Notes under the pieces: generated by a model | What the model saw: the letters and a program-made list of their open reading frames with translations, nothing else | The model's database searches: none | What the model was told of the DNA's origin: nothing | Position numbers and translations under genes: made by a program | Shown here: one piece after another, positions 1 through 10,416 of the stretch | Numbering within the stretch: the stretch's first letter is position 1 | How the letters are laid out: each line of letters starts with the position of its first letter | From: an uncultured Desulfosarcina sp. | GTDB taxonomy: Bacteria; Desulfobacterota; Desulfobacteria; Desulfobacterales; Desulfosarcinaceae | Direction: 5' to 3' | Assembly (NCBI GenBank): GCA_963674945.2 | Contig: CAXXWQ010000004.1 | Span: 2,016,001-2,080,000, forward strand | Length of the DNA: 64,000 bases

Positions 1-1
1 C

Positions 2-661
2 AGTTCCATCAAATGGGATCGACTTGCCGGTCACCTGGGGGACATGACCGGCAAACGGATACTGGATATCGGAGCCAGTTGCGGCTACTACATGTTCCGG
101 ATGGCTCACTGGAATCCACAGTTGATCATGGGCATCGAACCCTACCTTAACTTTTATTTCCAGTTTTTGGCATTGCAGCGATACTTGGCAATGTCGGATG
201 TCCACTGCCTCCCAATGAAACTGGAGGAACTTCCCGCCATGAGACGCTGTTTCGATACGGTATTGTGCATGGGCATTTTGTACCACCGACGCTCGCCACT
301 GGATACCCTGCTTCAGATTCATCGAATGATGATGCCGGGAGGGCGCCTGGTTGTGGAGACCCTTGTCTTGGAAGATGAATGGGAAATGGCCCTTTTTCCC
401 CGAAAGAGGTATGCCAAGATGAAAAACATCTTCTTCATCCCCACCGTACCCTGCCTGACCCACTGGTTGGAACGATCCGGCTTTACGGAAATTCAATGCG
501 TGGACGTCACCAGGACCACAGTTCAGGAGCAGCGAAAAACGGACTGGATCGATACCGAAAGCCTCCCCGACTTCCTTGACCCCGAAGATTCCCGAAAAAC
601 GGTGGAGGGCTATCCGGCGCCGGTGCGTGCCATGGTCCTGGCAACTGCCGCTCTCCGTTGA
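2..661 (+). CDS. cmoB: tRNA U34 carboxymethyltransferase CmoB (5' truncated by window edge)
   Basis: Frame open from base 2 (SSIKWDRL...). SAM motif ILDIGASCGYY, FDTVLCMGILYHRRSP, RYAKMKNIFFIP and C-terminal TVEGYPAPVRA are typical of CmoB. Confidence 0.93.
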   Translation, partial: SSIKWDRLAGHLGDMTGKRILDIGASCGYYMFRMAHWNPQLIMGIEPYLNFYFQFLALQRYLAMSDVHCLPMKLEELPAMRRCFDTVLCMGILYHRRSPLDTLLQIHRMMMPGGRLVVETLVLEDEWEMALFPRKRYAKMKNIFFIPTVPCLTHWLERSGFTEIQCVDVTRTTVQEQRKTDWIDTESLPDFLDPEDSRKTVEGYPAPVRAMVLATAALR

Positions 662-698
662 ATTCAACCATTCAACAAACAGTGTTTATCTAAAAAAT

Positions 699-714
699 TG
701 TGATCTGAATCATA
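699..714. promoter_or_regulatory. Possible CRP/FNR-family box TGTGA-N6-TCATA
   Basis: TGTGAtctgaaTCATA, one mismatch to TGTGA-N6-TCACA, in the AT-rich intergenic region upstream of the ybjQ-like genes. Confidence 0.3.
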
Positions 715-872
715 TGGCGCTCCAAACCAACTGGTTTATGGTTATCCTCGTTTCGTTCTCATGTTCATCGGGCAAACGTCGATACCTGCCAATGAATCGT
801 AGCAAATCGGATTTTCCTTATTAAGGATTGGATAACGAGACCAGGAACAAAACCATTCGGAGTTAATGAGCA

Positions 873-1574
873 ATGCAAGCCCACATCACATATACGGTCG
901 TCTTCGAGGGCAGGGTCAGGCCCGGATACAATATAGAACGGGTAAAAAAGCGCCTGCAATCATCATTGCAGACCAACGCGGAAGGAATTGCCCGGTTGTT
1001 CACCGGCGTTCCCGTAACGGTTTACAAATCCACGGACCGAAAGACCGCCCAAAAATATAAAGAGGTCTTCGCCGCCGCCGGCGCCGTATGCAATATCGAA
1101 GAGGTGGCATATCCAAACGACGTGAAAGCACCGCAAGATTCGGCTTCTTCATCCTCTCGCATCGATACCGAAGCGTCCGTTCCTCGCGTTGGTGCATCGC
1201 CTTTCTCTCCTGATACATCCATTCGCCATCATTACCTGGCCACATCCAGTGGCGGGAAAATGATCGTCACCAACATCGAATCGGTTCCGGGAAAAACCGT
1301 AACCGAACATTACGGTCTGGTTTCCGGCAGTTCCATCCGGGCGAAACATGTCGGTCGAGACCTGATGGCCAGCTTGAAAAACATCGTCGGCGGAGAACTG
1401 AAAGGGTATACACAACTGCTTCAAGAATCCCGAAAACAGGCAATGGACCGGATGATCGAAGAGGCCCGCCTCATGGGCGCCAATGCCATCATCAATGTTC
1501 GGTTCTCCACGTCCTCCGTCGCCCAGGGGGCGGCGGAATTGTATGCTTACGGAACAGCAGTTCGCGTTAAATAG
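873..1574 (+). CDS. YbjQ/UPF0145-family protein with extra N-terminal domain
   Basis: C-terminal ~105 aa: GLVSGSSIRAKHVGRDLMASLKNIVGGELKGYTQLLQESRKQAMDRM...GANAIINVRF...YAYGTAV (YbjQ family). Preceded by a ~70-aa domain and a linker. Confidence 0.88.
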   Translation: MQAHITYTVVFEGRVRPGYNIERVKKRLQSSLQTNAEGIARLFTGVPVTVYKSTDRKTAQKYKEVFAAAGAVCNIEEVAYPNDVKAPQDSASSSSRIDTEASVPRVGASPFSPDTSIRHHYLATSSGGKMIVTNIESVPGKTVTEHYGLVSGSSIRAKHVGRDLMASLKNIVGGELKGYTQLLQESRKQAMDRMIEEARLMGANAIINVRFSTSSVAQGAAELYAYGTAVRVK

Positions 1575-1583
1575 GAGAAAGTC

Positions 1584-2033
1584 ATGACCGATCTGATCGT
1601 TCTTCTATCCCTGCTGGCCCTGGGATACGGTATGGGGACATGGTTGGAGAAACGACACTATCATTCGATCGTAAAAAGGGAGAGCGCGACCATCAACCTG
1701 CCGGCGGTCACCTTGCAATCGGTAGATATTCCGGAGGGCAAGATCCGGTCCGCCCGCATGGTATACGGCAGTGACGTAATCTCCGTTGATTATTTCAAGA
1801 GAATGCTGGCCGGATTGCACAACATTTTCGGTGGGAGGGTCAAATCCTACGAAAGCCTTATCGATCGGGCACGGCGCGAGGCCATCTTGCGTATGAAAGA
1901 GAAGGCCGGGGATGCATCCGTCATTGTAAACGTACGTATCGAAACATCCTCCGTGGGAAAGCACTCCAAGCGCAAACAGATCGGATGCCTGGAGGCCATG
2001 GCGTATGGAACGGCGTTGACCGTGGAGAAATAA
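1584..2033 (+). CDS. YbjQ-family protein with N-terminal membrane anchor
   Basis: GSDVISVDYFKRMLAGLHNIFGGRVKSYESLIDRARREAILRMK...AYGTA. SD GGAGA upstream. Confidence 0.85.
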   Translation: MTDLIVLLSLLALGYGMGTWLEKRHYHSIVKRESATINLPAVTLQSVDIPEGKIRSARMVYGSDVISVDYFKRMLAGLHNIFGGRVKSYESLIDRARREAILRMKEKAGDASVIVNVRIETSSVGKHSKRKQIGCLEAMAYGTALTVEK

Positions 2034-2308
2034 GTGAAATTTACGCCACGGCGCCTTCGAACCAACGTAAACGTATCCGATTCCCATATTGCTACTATGG
2101 CCATGTGGGCGACGCCACATCTTTTTTCAGATCGATTCCGAAAAACGACGATCCGGGTCGATTCGGCCACTATTTCGCATCCCATCCCGAAAACCAGAGG
2201 CGCATCCGCCACCTGGACGACCTGATTGAGAAACAAAAGTATCCCATTTTGGCGCCTCTGCCTCTGCCGACTGAACTCGATATGGAAAAACGCCCTCATG
2301 CGCCTTGA
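2034..2308 (+). pseudogene. Internally deleted M48-family metallopeptidase remnant
   Basis: GTG right after the ybjQ stop gives MKFTPRRLRTNVNVSDSH. From ~2088 another frame gives CYYGHVGDATSFF...YFASHPENQRRIRHL, an M48-like C-terminus. No HExxH core lies between them. Confidence 0.6.
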
Positions 2309-2474
2309 GCATAGCAATGAAAAATGGTATCGGATGCCTTTGCCAAAGATCCCATTCGTGATCTGACGATCGTTTGGAGCAATTGAGAAACGAGGGAAGA
2401 GGGATGAAAATAAGGTAAGGCTTTTGTAGCCCGCATCCTTCGTCCTTCTTTCCTTCCTTTTCGCGAGGGCACCA

Positions 2475-3272
2475 TTGACGACAATTTTGTTGATGTACAT
2501 CCTGGTGGGTATTGTTGCCGGTATTCTTGCCGGCCTTTTGGGCATCGGTGGGGGATTGGTGATCGTACCCATGCTGGTGTTCTGCTTCGCTAAGCAACAG
2601 ATTCCCGATGCCATGATCATGCACATGGCATTGGGCACCTCCCTTGCCAGCATCATGTTTACCTCCGTGTCCAGCTTCCGCGCCCACCACAAACGCGGCG
2701 CCGTGCACTGGGACGTGGTGCGAAAAATTCTCATCGGCATCTTCACCGGAACCTTCATCGGAAGCTACATCGCGGCACATCTTTCCACGAGTTTCCTGAA
2801 AGGGTTCTTTGTCGTCTTCCTCTATTATGTGGCCATTCAACTGCTGACCAACAAGAAACCCAAACCATCGAGACAGATTCCCGGGCCCCTTGCCATGTTC
2901 GGTGTCGGCAATGGTATCGGCGCCGTGTCCAGCCTGGTGGGCATCGGTGGGGGTACGTTGAGCGTGCCGTTCATGATCTGGTGCAACATGCCCGTTCACC
3001 ATGCCATCGGCACCTCTGCGGCCATCGGTTTTCCCATCGCCATCGCCGGCAGTACCGGATACGTCTTCAACGGCTTGTCCGTGAACGGACTCCCCACCTT
3101 CTCACTGGGATATATCTATCTGCCGGCCCTATTGGGGATCGTGGTCTCCAGTGTCCTGACCGCTCCCATCGGCGTTCGCCTGGCCCACAGCCTGCCCGTC
3201 GATCGCCTCAAACGGGTCTTTGCCATCCTTCTGCTGGTGGTGGGCACACGGATGCTGGTCGGAATATGGTAA
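2475..3272 (+). CDS. TauE/SafE (TSUP) family anion transporter
   Basis: Twice-repeated GLLGIGGG / SLVGIGGG motif, hydrophobic throughout, AIGTSAAIGFPIA. Confidence 0.9.
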   Translation: MTTILLMYILVGIVAGILAGLLGIGGGLVIVPMLVFCFAKQQIPDAMIMHMALGTSLASIMFTSVSSFRAHHKRGAVHWDVVRKILIGIFTGTFIGSYIAAHLSTSFLKGFFVVFLYYVAIQLLTNKKPKPSRQIPGPLAMFGVGNGIGAVSSLVGIGGGTLSVPFMIWCNMPVHHAIGTSAAIGFPIAIAGSTGYVFNGLSVNGLPTFSLGYIYLPALLGIVVSSVLTAPIGVRLAHSLPVDRLKRVFAILLLVVGTRMLVGIW

Positions 3273-3351
3273 TCATTTCAATCAAATGATCAAAATACGC
3301 GGAAATGACCCCATGGCAGGGAGGATTTGCCTGGCAGGCGCCGAATAGTTC

Positions 3352-3380
3352 TTGACAACACAACCGTTCCCGCATAGTTA
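3352..3380 (+). promoter_or_regulatory. Putative sigma70 promoter of sat
   Basis: Perfect TTGACA at 3352-3357. The -10 is weak (CATAGT/TAGTTA). Confidence 0.4.
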
Positions 3381-3467
3381 ATTCAACTTGGTATTTTTGT
3401 ACCCTACCGGATATTTATCTGTAAATACAGATTATGAAAATCACATCATTGAAAGGAGAAACAACAC

Positions 3468-4739
3468 ATGTCCAATCTCATTCCTCCACATGGCGGCAAG
3501 GGGCTTACGATCTGCCTACTCGAAGGCGCTGAACTGGAAGCTGAAAAGAAAAAGGCCGAAGGCCTCAAAAAAGTAGAGATCAGCCCGCGCGTCAAGGGTG
3601 ACCTCATTATGATCGGAATCGGCGGGTTTTCCCCCCTCACCGGTTTCATGACCAAGGCGGACTGGAAAGGCGTTTGCGAAAACTTCTTGACCGCCGACGG
3701 CACCTTCTGGCCCGTTCCCGTGTGCCTGGACGTGTCCAAAGAAGATGCGGACGCCATCGCCGACGGTGACGAAATCGCCCTCTACGATCCCAAAGGGGAC
3801 GAGATCATGGCTACCATGAAGGTCACCGAAAAATTTGAGATGACCGAAGCCGACAAGAAGTGGGAGTGTGAGAAGGTATACATGGGCGAAGGCACCCCCA
3901 CCGCCGAAGAGTTCTGGAAGATCGCCGAAGAAGATCACCCGGGTGTACAGATGGTCATGAACCAGAAACCCGTCAACCTGGCAGGCCCGGTCAAGGTCCT
4001 CAGCGAAGGCAACTACCCGACCAAATACGCCGACGTATACCATCGACCGGCCGAATCACGTAAATTGTTCGAAGATCGCGGATGGAGTGAAGTGGCCGCC
4101 CTGCAGTTGCGTAACCCCATGCACCGCAGCCATGAATACCTGTGCAAGATCGCCGTGGAAGTGTGTGACGGCGTCTACATCCACTCTTTGGTAGGCAACC
4201 TGAAACCCGGCGACATTCCCGCCGAAGTTCGCGTGAAATGCATCGATGCCCTGGTGAAGAACTACTTCGTCGAGAAAAACGTCATCCAGGGCGGTTATCC
4301 TCTGGATATGCGGTACGCCGGTCCCCGCGAGGGCCTTTTGCATGCCGCCTTCCGACAGAACTACGGCTGCTCCAAGATGATCATTGGCCGTGACCATGCC
4401 GGCGTCGGCGATTTCTACGGCATGTTCGAAGCCCAGACCATCTTCGACAAGATCCCGACCCCAAGCGATGGCAAGGGCCTGCTCTGCCAGCCTCTGAAGA
4501 TCGACTGGACTTTCTACTGCTACAAGTGTGACGGCATGGCCTCTCTGAGAACCTGCCCCCATGCAAAAGAAGACCGCGTGCTGCTTTCCGGTACCATGCT
4601 TCGCAAGATGCTCTCCGAAGGCGGCGATCTGCCCGATCACTTTGGTCGTGACGAAGTCGTTGCCATCCTCCGTGAATACTACGAAGGCCTCACCGAAAAG
4701 GTGGAGATCAAGACTCACAAGGCAGCAACCGGCGATTAA
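3468..4739 (+). CDS. sat: Sulfate adenylyltransferase (dissimilatory type)
   Basis: LIPPHGG N-terminus, [31 protein letters not shown], Zn motif CYKC...CPH. Strong SD AAGGAG. Confidence 0.97.
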   Translation: MSNLIPPHGGKGLTICLLEGAELEAEKKKAEGLKKVEISPRVKGDLIMIGIGGFSPLTGFMTKADWKGVCENFLTADGTFWPVPVCLDVSKEDADAIADGDEIALYDPKGDEIMATMKVTEKFEMTEADKKWECEKVYMGEGTPTAEEFWKIAEEDHPGVQMVMNQKPVNLAGPVKVLSEGNYPTKYADVYHRPAESRKLFEDRGWSEVAALQLRNPMHRSHEYLCKIAVEVCDGVYIHSLVGNLKPGDIPAEVRVKCIDALVKNYFVEKNVIQGGYPLDMRYAGPREGLLHAAFRQNYGCSKMIIGRDHAGVGDFYGMFEAQTIFDKIPTPSDGKGLLCQPLKIDWTFYCYKCDGMASLRTCPHAKEDRVLLSGTMLRKMLSEGGDLPDHFGRDEVVAILREYYEGLTEKVEIKTHKAATGD

Positions 4740-4765
4740 TCGGCCTTATGCAGCGTAACAACAAG

Positions 4766-4801
4766 AAGGGGGACGCACCGCACGTGCGTCCCCCTTTTTT
4801 T
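4766..4801 (+). terminator. Intrinsic terminator after sat
   Basis: AAGGGGGACGCAC-cgcac-GTGCGTCCCCCTT followed by a T run. Confidence 0.9.
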
Positions 4802-4875
4802 CGTCTATCAACCGTTCTTTCTGTGCTTACTGCAAAAAATCCGTCACCTGACAACTGACCGTCAGAATGAAAGTC

Positions 4876-5193
4876 TTACACCATGGCGGCCTGGTTGGTA
4901 AAAGCCTCTTTCAGCATGCCTTCGGCTGCCTTTTGGCTGTCCACCCGATAGGTTCCGTTTTTCAATTCATTTTGTATTTTGGTAACCAGGGCTTCCCGAA
5001 CGTCCGGGACGGAAGCCATGGCCCGCTGGGCATCGGCGATCATTTTCCCCCGGCCGCTCAGGGCCACCCGATCCTGTAAAGAAATTGGTGAGGCAGACTT
5101 TTGGGACCTGGCGGTTTCTTCGTTTTTTTCCTGGACCTGGGTGTTTTGGTAAACACTAAGTTGTGATTGAAGATCACTGCCGGTAATTTTCAT
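4876..5193 (-). CDS. flgM: Anti-sigma-28 factor FlgM
   Basis: DRVALS...VPDVREALVTKIQNELKNGTYRVDSQKAAEGML, 105 aa, SD AGGAG. Confidence 0.88.
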   Translation of the reverse strand: MKITGSDLQSQLSVYQNTQVQEKNEETARSQKSASPISLQDRVALSGRGKMIADAQRAMASVPDVREALVTKIQNELKNGTYRVDSQKAAEGMLKEAFTNQAAMV

Positions 5194-5524
5194 GGCCTTC
5201 GCTCCTTGTTTAGCACCGTGTGGGTATATTATTGGCCGATAGTACCAAAAACAATAGTTTTTTTTACGAAAAGGTATAATTTTTTGTTATGTTGCACAAT
5301 AGTCGACGCCTAAGCACGTCCTGGGATGCCGATTCGACGAGTCACCGATCGCCACCCACCGGGAGGCTTGGCTTTTTTGGTCAAAAAAGCCTTGGCCACC
5401 ACTTCAACCCCGCCCCTTGAATACCCCCCTCTGATGATTACGATACTGGCTATAATTTCATTAAAACCGTCATCCATAACGTTATGTGGAAAAACCAACG
5501 AATCGTCAAAAAAAGGAGGGGCCC

Positions 5525-6073
5525 ATGATAACTGACAAAATGGCCCAGGCACTCAATGAACAGGTCAATCGGGAGATGTATTCGGCGTACCTCTACATGG
5601 CCATGAGCGCCCATTGCAACCAGGTAGGCCTCAAGGGTTTTGCCAACTGGTTCATGGTGCAGTACCATGAAGAGATGCTTCATGCCATGAAAATTTACGA
5701 GTATATCCAGCGCCAAGGGGCGAATGTTACGCTGATCGCCATCGGGCAGCCGCCCACCACCTTCGAATCCCCACTGGACATGTTCACCAAGACCCTGGAG
5801 CATGAGCAATTTATCACCCGCTGTATCAACGATCTCATGGAGTTGGCCATCGCCGAAAAGGATCATGCATCTCAGATTTTTCTTGAATGGTATGTAACCG
5901 AGCAGGTGGAAGAGGAAGAGAACGACAACGATATCATCGCACAGCTCAACTTCATCAAGGATAACCCCCAGGGGTTGATGATGCTGGATCGAGAGCTGGC
6001 CGGCAGAGTGACGAACGTTCCGACGGATTTCAGTAAAGGGATCGAATCGGCCATGGCAGCAACCGGTGCATAG
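5525..6073 (+). CDS. ftnA: Non-heme ferritin
   Basis: LNEQVNREMYSAYLYMAMS, EEMLHAMK, FLEWYVTEQVEEE ferroxidase residues. ATG at 5525 follows AGGAGGG. Confidence 0.93.
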   Translation: MITDKMAQALNEQVNREMYSAYLYMAMSAHCNQVGLKGFANWFMVQYHEEMLHAMKIYEYIQRQGANVTLIAIGQPPTTFESPLDMFTKTLEHEQFITRCINDLMELAIAEKDHASQIFLEWYVTEQVEEEENDNDIIAQLNFIKDNPQGLMMLDRELAGRVTNVPTDFSKGIESAMAATGA

Positions 6074-6195
6074 GGCGTTCTCATCCACATGCCCATGCGG
6101 GTAATTTCGCGAAGCCCCCGGTTTTTTTCGTGTTTCTACCGATACCGCTTTTTTGGGGTTGTCCTATTTCCCCGAAGGCGGTATTTTTTTCCCCC

Positions 6196-9100
6196 ATGAA
6201 CGCCAAACGAAAAACCGTACTGTTGACCGTGGCACTGCTTTGCACCGCAGTATTTGCCGTTTTCGCAGCAGCCCTGGTTTGGATTCAGTCCGATGCGGGA
6301 TTGGCATGGGTTCGAACCCAAATCGACCGACGCATCGCCGGCCGAATCGCCATCCAAAGCGTTCGACTCTCACCGCTGGCCCAACGACTCGCATTGGTGG
6401 ATGTGGTCCTGTACGACGAAAAAGAAGCACCATTGGCCGGTTTTTCACGTCTTTCGGTTCGGTTGGATGGGTGGGCCCTGTTGCACCGGGAGATCCATCT
6501 TGCATCGGTCGCGCTGGTCGATCCCTGGGCGAATCTGGTCGTCGACGAAGGTGGGAACCTGAATATAGTGGGCGCATTGGCGTCACCCATAGGCGGTGCG
6601 AAACCGGATTCCACCGACCCAGCGCCCGGCCCGCCTTTCAACCTTGTCCTGGAAACCGGCGGAATGACCGGAGGCCGTTTTACCTATGAGGACAAAGCGG
6701 GAAAAAACCGAATAGAAACTGCCGGCGTAGCGTTAACGGCTTCCGGCAACCTTCTGGATCGAACCGGAGACCTGACACTTACGATCGCCCATGCAGGATT
6801 GGAAAACGAGGCCGTAGGCCTGAAACCGGCTCGAATCGGGCTTGGAACCAAACTGGATGGCGAATCGTTGACCATCTCCGATCTGAGGATAACATCGGAG
6901 CAACTTTCACTCCATCTATCCGGCAACGCCCATGACCTGACAGCAATTCCCGTGTTGGACGGCCGACTCTTTCTCGAAACAAACCTATCCCAGGTAAAGA
7001 AAATGCTTGGGCTGGTCGACACATATGATGGTGCCGTGTCGACCGCACTCACCGTAAAGGGAAGGGCGGACGACCCCGAGGCGGGCCTTACATTGCGGTT
7101 CGACGGCGGAACCATCGCCGGTCAACCACTGGACACGAGCCGTTTTGCCTTCACCCTTGCCGACCGGCAGGTCACTGTCGACGAGGCGACGGTGGGACTG
7201 GCGGGAGGCCATGTCAGACTGGGCGGCGGAATCGACCTGACCCGGGCTTTCCCATCGGGTTTCTTCACACCACCGGAGAACGTGAATGCCATCGCTTATG
7301 ATCTCACGCTGACATCATCGATTCCCGATCTGTCCCCCTGGCTGAAAGGATTCGCTGCCATCGGGGGAAGCTTCTCGGGGCAACTTAAAATCGAAGGTGC
7401 CGGCATCGATCCTTCGAAAATGAACACCCGGTTGACCGCCTCGGCATCGGGGAAAGACCTGTCTGCACCAGGATTGGAGCGAACGGTACAGGGACGAATC
7501 CAATTGTATGCCCGGGCGGATCGGGGTGATGTGGTCCTTTCCGGCCTCGACCTGACTGCAGATGGGGCCCACCTGACGGGAGACGGTCGTTTCCACACCC
7601 GAAACCGAGAAGTTGCGGGAAATCTGGCATTAACCGCCACGGATCTTCAACGGGTCCTGGCTGTCGTGGGCAGGCCCGACATCCGGGGAAGTTGCCATGG
7701 CGACGTGACGGTGGGCGGCAGCCTGCAACGTCCACAACTTGTCCTGAACATGACCGCCCAGGATCTGGCCTCCGGGACATTCGTCTTCGGAGACCTGGCC
7801 GCCCACGTTCGCATGGACGAAGAGGGCGTAATCGATCTTTCCGACCTCACCCTGAAAAACCGGAATACCAGGGTACAGGGAAACGCCCGACTACGATGGA
7901 GACCCGGAGAAGGTGGCATCGATGATCGGTTCGACAACCACCTGGATCTGACCCTGGAATCGGTTTCGGCCGCCGACTTTGTCGCCGACGCACCGGTATC
8001 CGGAACAATGGACGGCCGGCTGCAATTGTCCGGCCCCTTATTGTCCCTTGCCGGTGACCTTTCTCTATCCGCCACAGCGCTGGCCACCGATGCCGTCACC
8101 ATCGGTAACGTGGCGGGCCACATGGCGCTGAAGGAGGGTACCGTAGGGGTGGATCGGCTTCGGCTCACAAACCAGGATTCGGTTATCACCGCATCGGGCC
8201 GTGTCCGGATCATTGACCCCGAAACCGCAAGATGGACGATGAATCCGGCATTCGATTTCGATTTACAGTCGGATCACATGAACCCGGGCCATTTCGTGCA
8301 CGGGATCCAAGGCGACGTTACCGCAAAGGGTGATGTCCAGGGCACGATGGACGATCCAATGGGAAGTCTGCAGATTTCCGGCAAAGGCATCGATCTCGCC
8401 GGTCAGCCACTGCAAGACCTTTCCATGGAGATGCATGTGGCCGGCCGTCGTCTGTACCTGGACCGTCTGTTCCTGTCCGTGGCACCGGACCAGCAGTTGA
8501 CGGCCAGTGGATGGATCGATCGGGAAAAGGTCCTCGATCTTACCGTCCAGGCCGACGGCATTGCCATTTCCGCCATTGAAAGCCTCAAGGCACGATTCCC
8601 GGGTGAAGGGACCTTGGCCTTGGATGCCACCGCCCATGGCACCCTGGGAAATCCAGACATCGACGGAAGATTGACCGTCTCCGACCTCATCGTCCACGAT
8701 CAGCCCATGGCGGATTTTACCCTTACCGCACGACTCCACGAAAGAAAGCTCCACGTCGACGGAGATCTGGATTTTTCCGTTATGGCCGACTGCGATCTGG
8801 AAAATTTGGATTTCGACGCACAATTGGCCTTCGACCGCACCGAGACAGCACCCTTTTTCGGAGCTGTCGGAAAACCGGAAATTCACGGCACCTTGACCGG
8901 ACGGATGGCGGCGAAGGGAAATCTTCGGGATCCGGCCCAGTTGTCTGCCGAGGTGGAACTGTACAATCTTCGACTTCTTTTCAAGGATGCCCCCCTGATT
9001 TCCTCGGAACGAATATCCGTCCGGATGGCGGATCGAAAATTGTCCATTGTTGATGCGGATCTGGCAATTCTTTCTGAGGGCAACCTTCATCTGGAAGGCG

Positions 9101-10416
9101 AGGCGCTGTGGGATGGTCCCGTGGACATCGTCATCCATGGACGGATTCCCCTTGCCGCTGCGGGGACGCTGACCGACGAGCTGGCCGGCGCCACCGGTAT
9201 TCTCATCCTTGCGGGAGAGATGTCGGGTCGCATGGAGCGACCGCATGTCGACGCTACATTACAGCTGGAAGAAGTCGGAATGACCATCCCCGCACTGAAT
9301 CAAAAACTTCACGATCTGAATGGCCGCATCCATCTGACCGACAACCGCCTCGATGTCGACCACCTGTCCGGCATGCTGGACACGGGACGCTTTTCCATAA
9401 ACGGTGGCCTGTCCCACAATAACTTTACACCGGCAAGCGTGGATCTGACGGCTTCCACGACCGCCCTTCCCCTGGAGGTACCCGACACTCTCTCCATGCT
9501 CCTCAACGGAAATGTCCAATTGACGGGTCGAAACCGATCGGCAGAGATCAAAGGCGAAATCGTCTTGCTCGAAGGCGTCTATTACAAGGATGTGAAAATC
9601 AGTCTGCTCAAGGTTGCATCCAGCGCCACATCCCGCCAGCGTACCGTGGCGGCGGCATCCACCCCCATTTCCATTCCCTTCTTCGACACGGTTCGACTGA
9701 ATATCACCATCGGTCACCGGCAACCCTTCGCGGTCGACAACAATCTGGCGGCGCTTGAAATCAGCCCGGATCTGACGATTGGCGGGACCCTGGCAAAACC
9801 CGTGATCAACGGTCGGGCCCAGGTCAGGGAAGGAACGGTCTCCTTTCAAAAAAAGACATTTGATGTGAAAAAGGGCGTCATCGATTTTATCAATCCATAC
9901 CGCACCGAAGCGGATATCGATATTCAAAGCGAGACGACCATCCGTGACTGGACCATCACCCTTGCCATCAAGGGGACACCGGACAATCTGGATTTCTCCC
10001 TTTCATCGGTTCCGGCCGAAACCGATTCGGACATTTTGTCGTTGATCCTCTTCGGAAGGACCGCAAAGGAACTCTCCCAGGGCGAGGGTGGTAGCAAACG
10101 CACGACGGCACAGATCATGGCGGAGATGATCGCCGACACCTTCGGAGACGACATCAAGCGAAAAACGGGGGTGGATATCCTTCAGGTGGAGACCAACGGC
10201 GCTGATGATGAGGACGAAGGTTCGGTCAAGGTAACCGTTGGCAAACACCTGTCCGATCGCATGACTGTGAAATACGCGGTGGAGACCAAAGACGGTGAAG
10301 TGACCCAGCGGGCCATTTCGGAGTATAAGCTGTTGGAGCATATCCTGGTTAACGGTTTTCAGGACAGCAAGGGCATTTACGGATCGGAACTGGTATACCG
10401 GATCGAATTCAGGTGA
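6196..10416 (+). CDS. tamB: Translocation/assembly module TamB-family protein
   Basis: N-terminal anchor, long beta-rich repeats, C-terminal TamB signature (LSSVP...SDILSLILFG...VTVGKHLSDR...YRIEFR). Start ATG 6196 preferred; track start is 6130. Confidence 0.88.
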   Translation: MNAKRKTVLLTVALLCTAVFAVFAAALVWIQSDAGLAWVRTQIDRRIAGRIAIQSVRLSPLAQRLALVDVVLYDEKEAPLAGFSRLSVRLDGWALLHREIHLASVALVDPWANLVVDEGGNLNIVGALASPIGGAKPDSTDPAPGPPFNLVLETGGMTGGRFTYEDKAGKNRIETAGVALTASGNLLDRTGDLTLTIAHAGLENEAVGLKPARIGLGTKLDGESLTISDLRITSEQLSLHLSGNAHDLTAIPVLDGRLFLETNLSQVKKMLGLVDTYDGAVSTALTVKGRADDPEAGLTLRFDGGTIAGQPLDTSRFAFTLADRQVTVDEATVGLAGGHVRLGGGIDLTRAFPSGFFTPPENVNAIAYDLTLTSSIPDLSPWLKGFAAIGGSFSGQLKIEGAGIDPSKMNTRLTASASGKDLSAPGLERTVQGRIQLYARADRGDVVLSGLDLTADGAHLTGDGRFHTRNREVAGNLALTATDLQRVLAVVGRPDIRGSCHGDVTVGGSLQRPQLVLNMTAQDLASGTFVFGDLAAHVRMDEEGVIDLSDLTLKNRNTRVQGNARLRWRPGEGGIDDRFDNHLDLTLESVSAADFVADAPVSGTMDGRLQLSGPLLSLAGDLSLSATALATDAVTIGNVAGHMALKEGTVGVDRLRLTNQDSVITASGRVRIIDPETARWTMNPAFDFDLQSDHMNPGHFVHGIQGDVTAKGDVQGTMDDPMGSLQISGKGIDLAGQPLQDLSMEMHVAGRRLYLDRLFLSVAPDQQLTASGWIDREKVLDLTVQADGIAISAIESLKARFPGEGTLALDATAHGTLGNPDIDGRLTVSDLIVHDQPMADFTLTARLHERKLHVDGDLDFSVMADCDLENLDFDAQLAFDRTETAPFFGAVGKPEIHGTLTGRMAAKGNLRDPAQLSAEVELYNLRLLFKDAPLISSERISVRMADRKLSIVDADLAILSEGNLHLEGEALWDGPVDIVIHGRIPLAAAGTLTDELAGATGILILAGEMSGRMERPHVDATLQLEEVGMTIPALNQKLHDLNGRIHLTDNRLDVDHLSGMLDTGRFSINGGLSHNNFTPASVDLTASTTALPLEVPDTLSMLLNGNVQLTGRNRSAEIKGEIVLLEGVYYKDVKISLLKVASSATSRQRTVAAASTPISIPFFDTVRLNITIGHRQPFAVDNNLAALEISPDLTIGGTLAKPVINGRAQVREGTVSFQKKTFDVKKGVIDFINPYRTEADIDIQSETTIRDWTITLAIKGTPDNLDFSLSSVPAETDSDILSLILFGRTAKELSQGEGGSKRTTAQIMAEMIADTFGDDIKRKTGVDILQVETNGADDEDEGSVKVTVGKHLSDRMTVKYAVETKDGEVTQRAISEYKLLEHILVNGFQDSKGIYGSELVYRIEFR

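Noticed and set aside
3430..3450. Rex operator upstream of sat
   Set aside because: TTATGAAAATCACAT has the wrong half-site spacing for TTGTGAA-N4-TTCACAA.
5225..5260. Sigma-28 promoter for flgM
   Set aside because: A GCCAATAA -10-like element exists on the minus strand, but there is no TAAA -35 at the right spacing.
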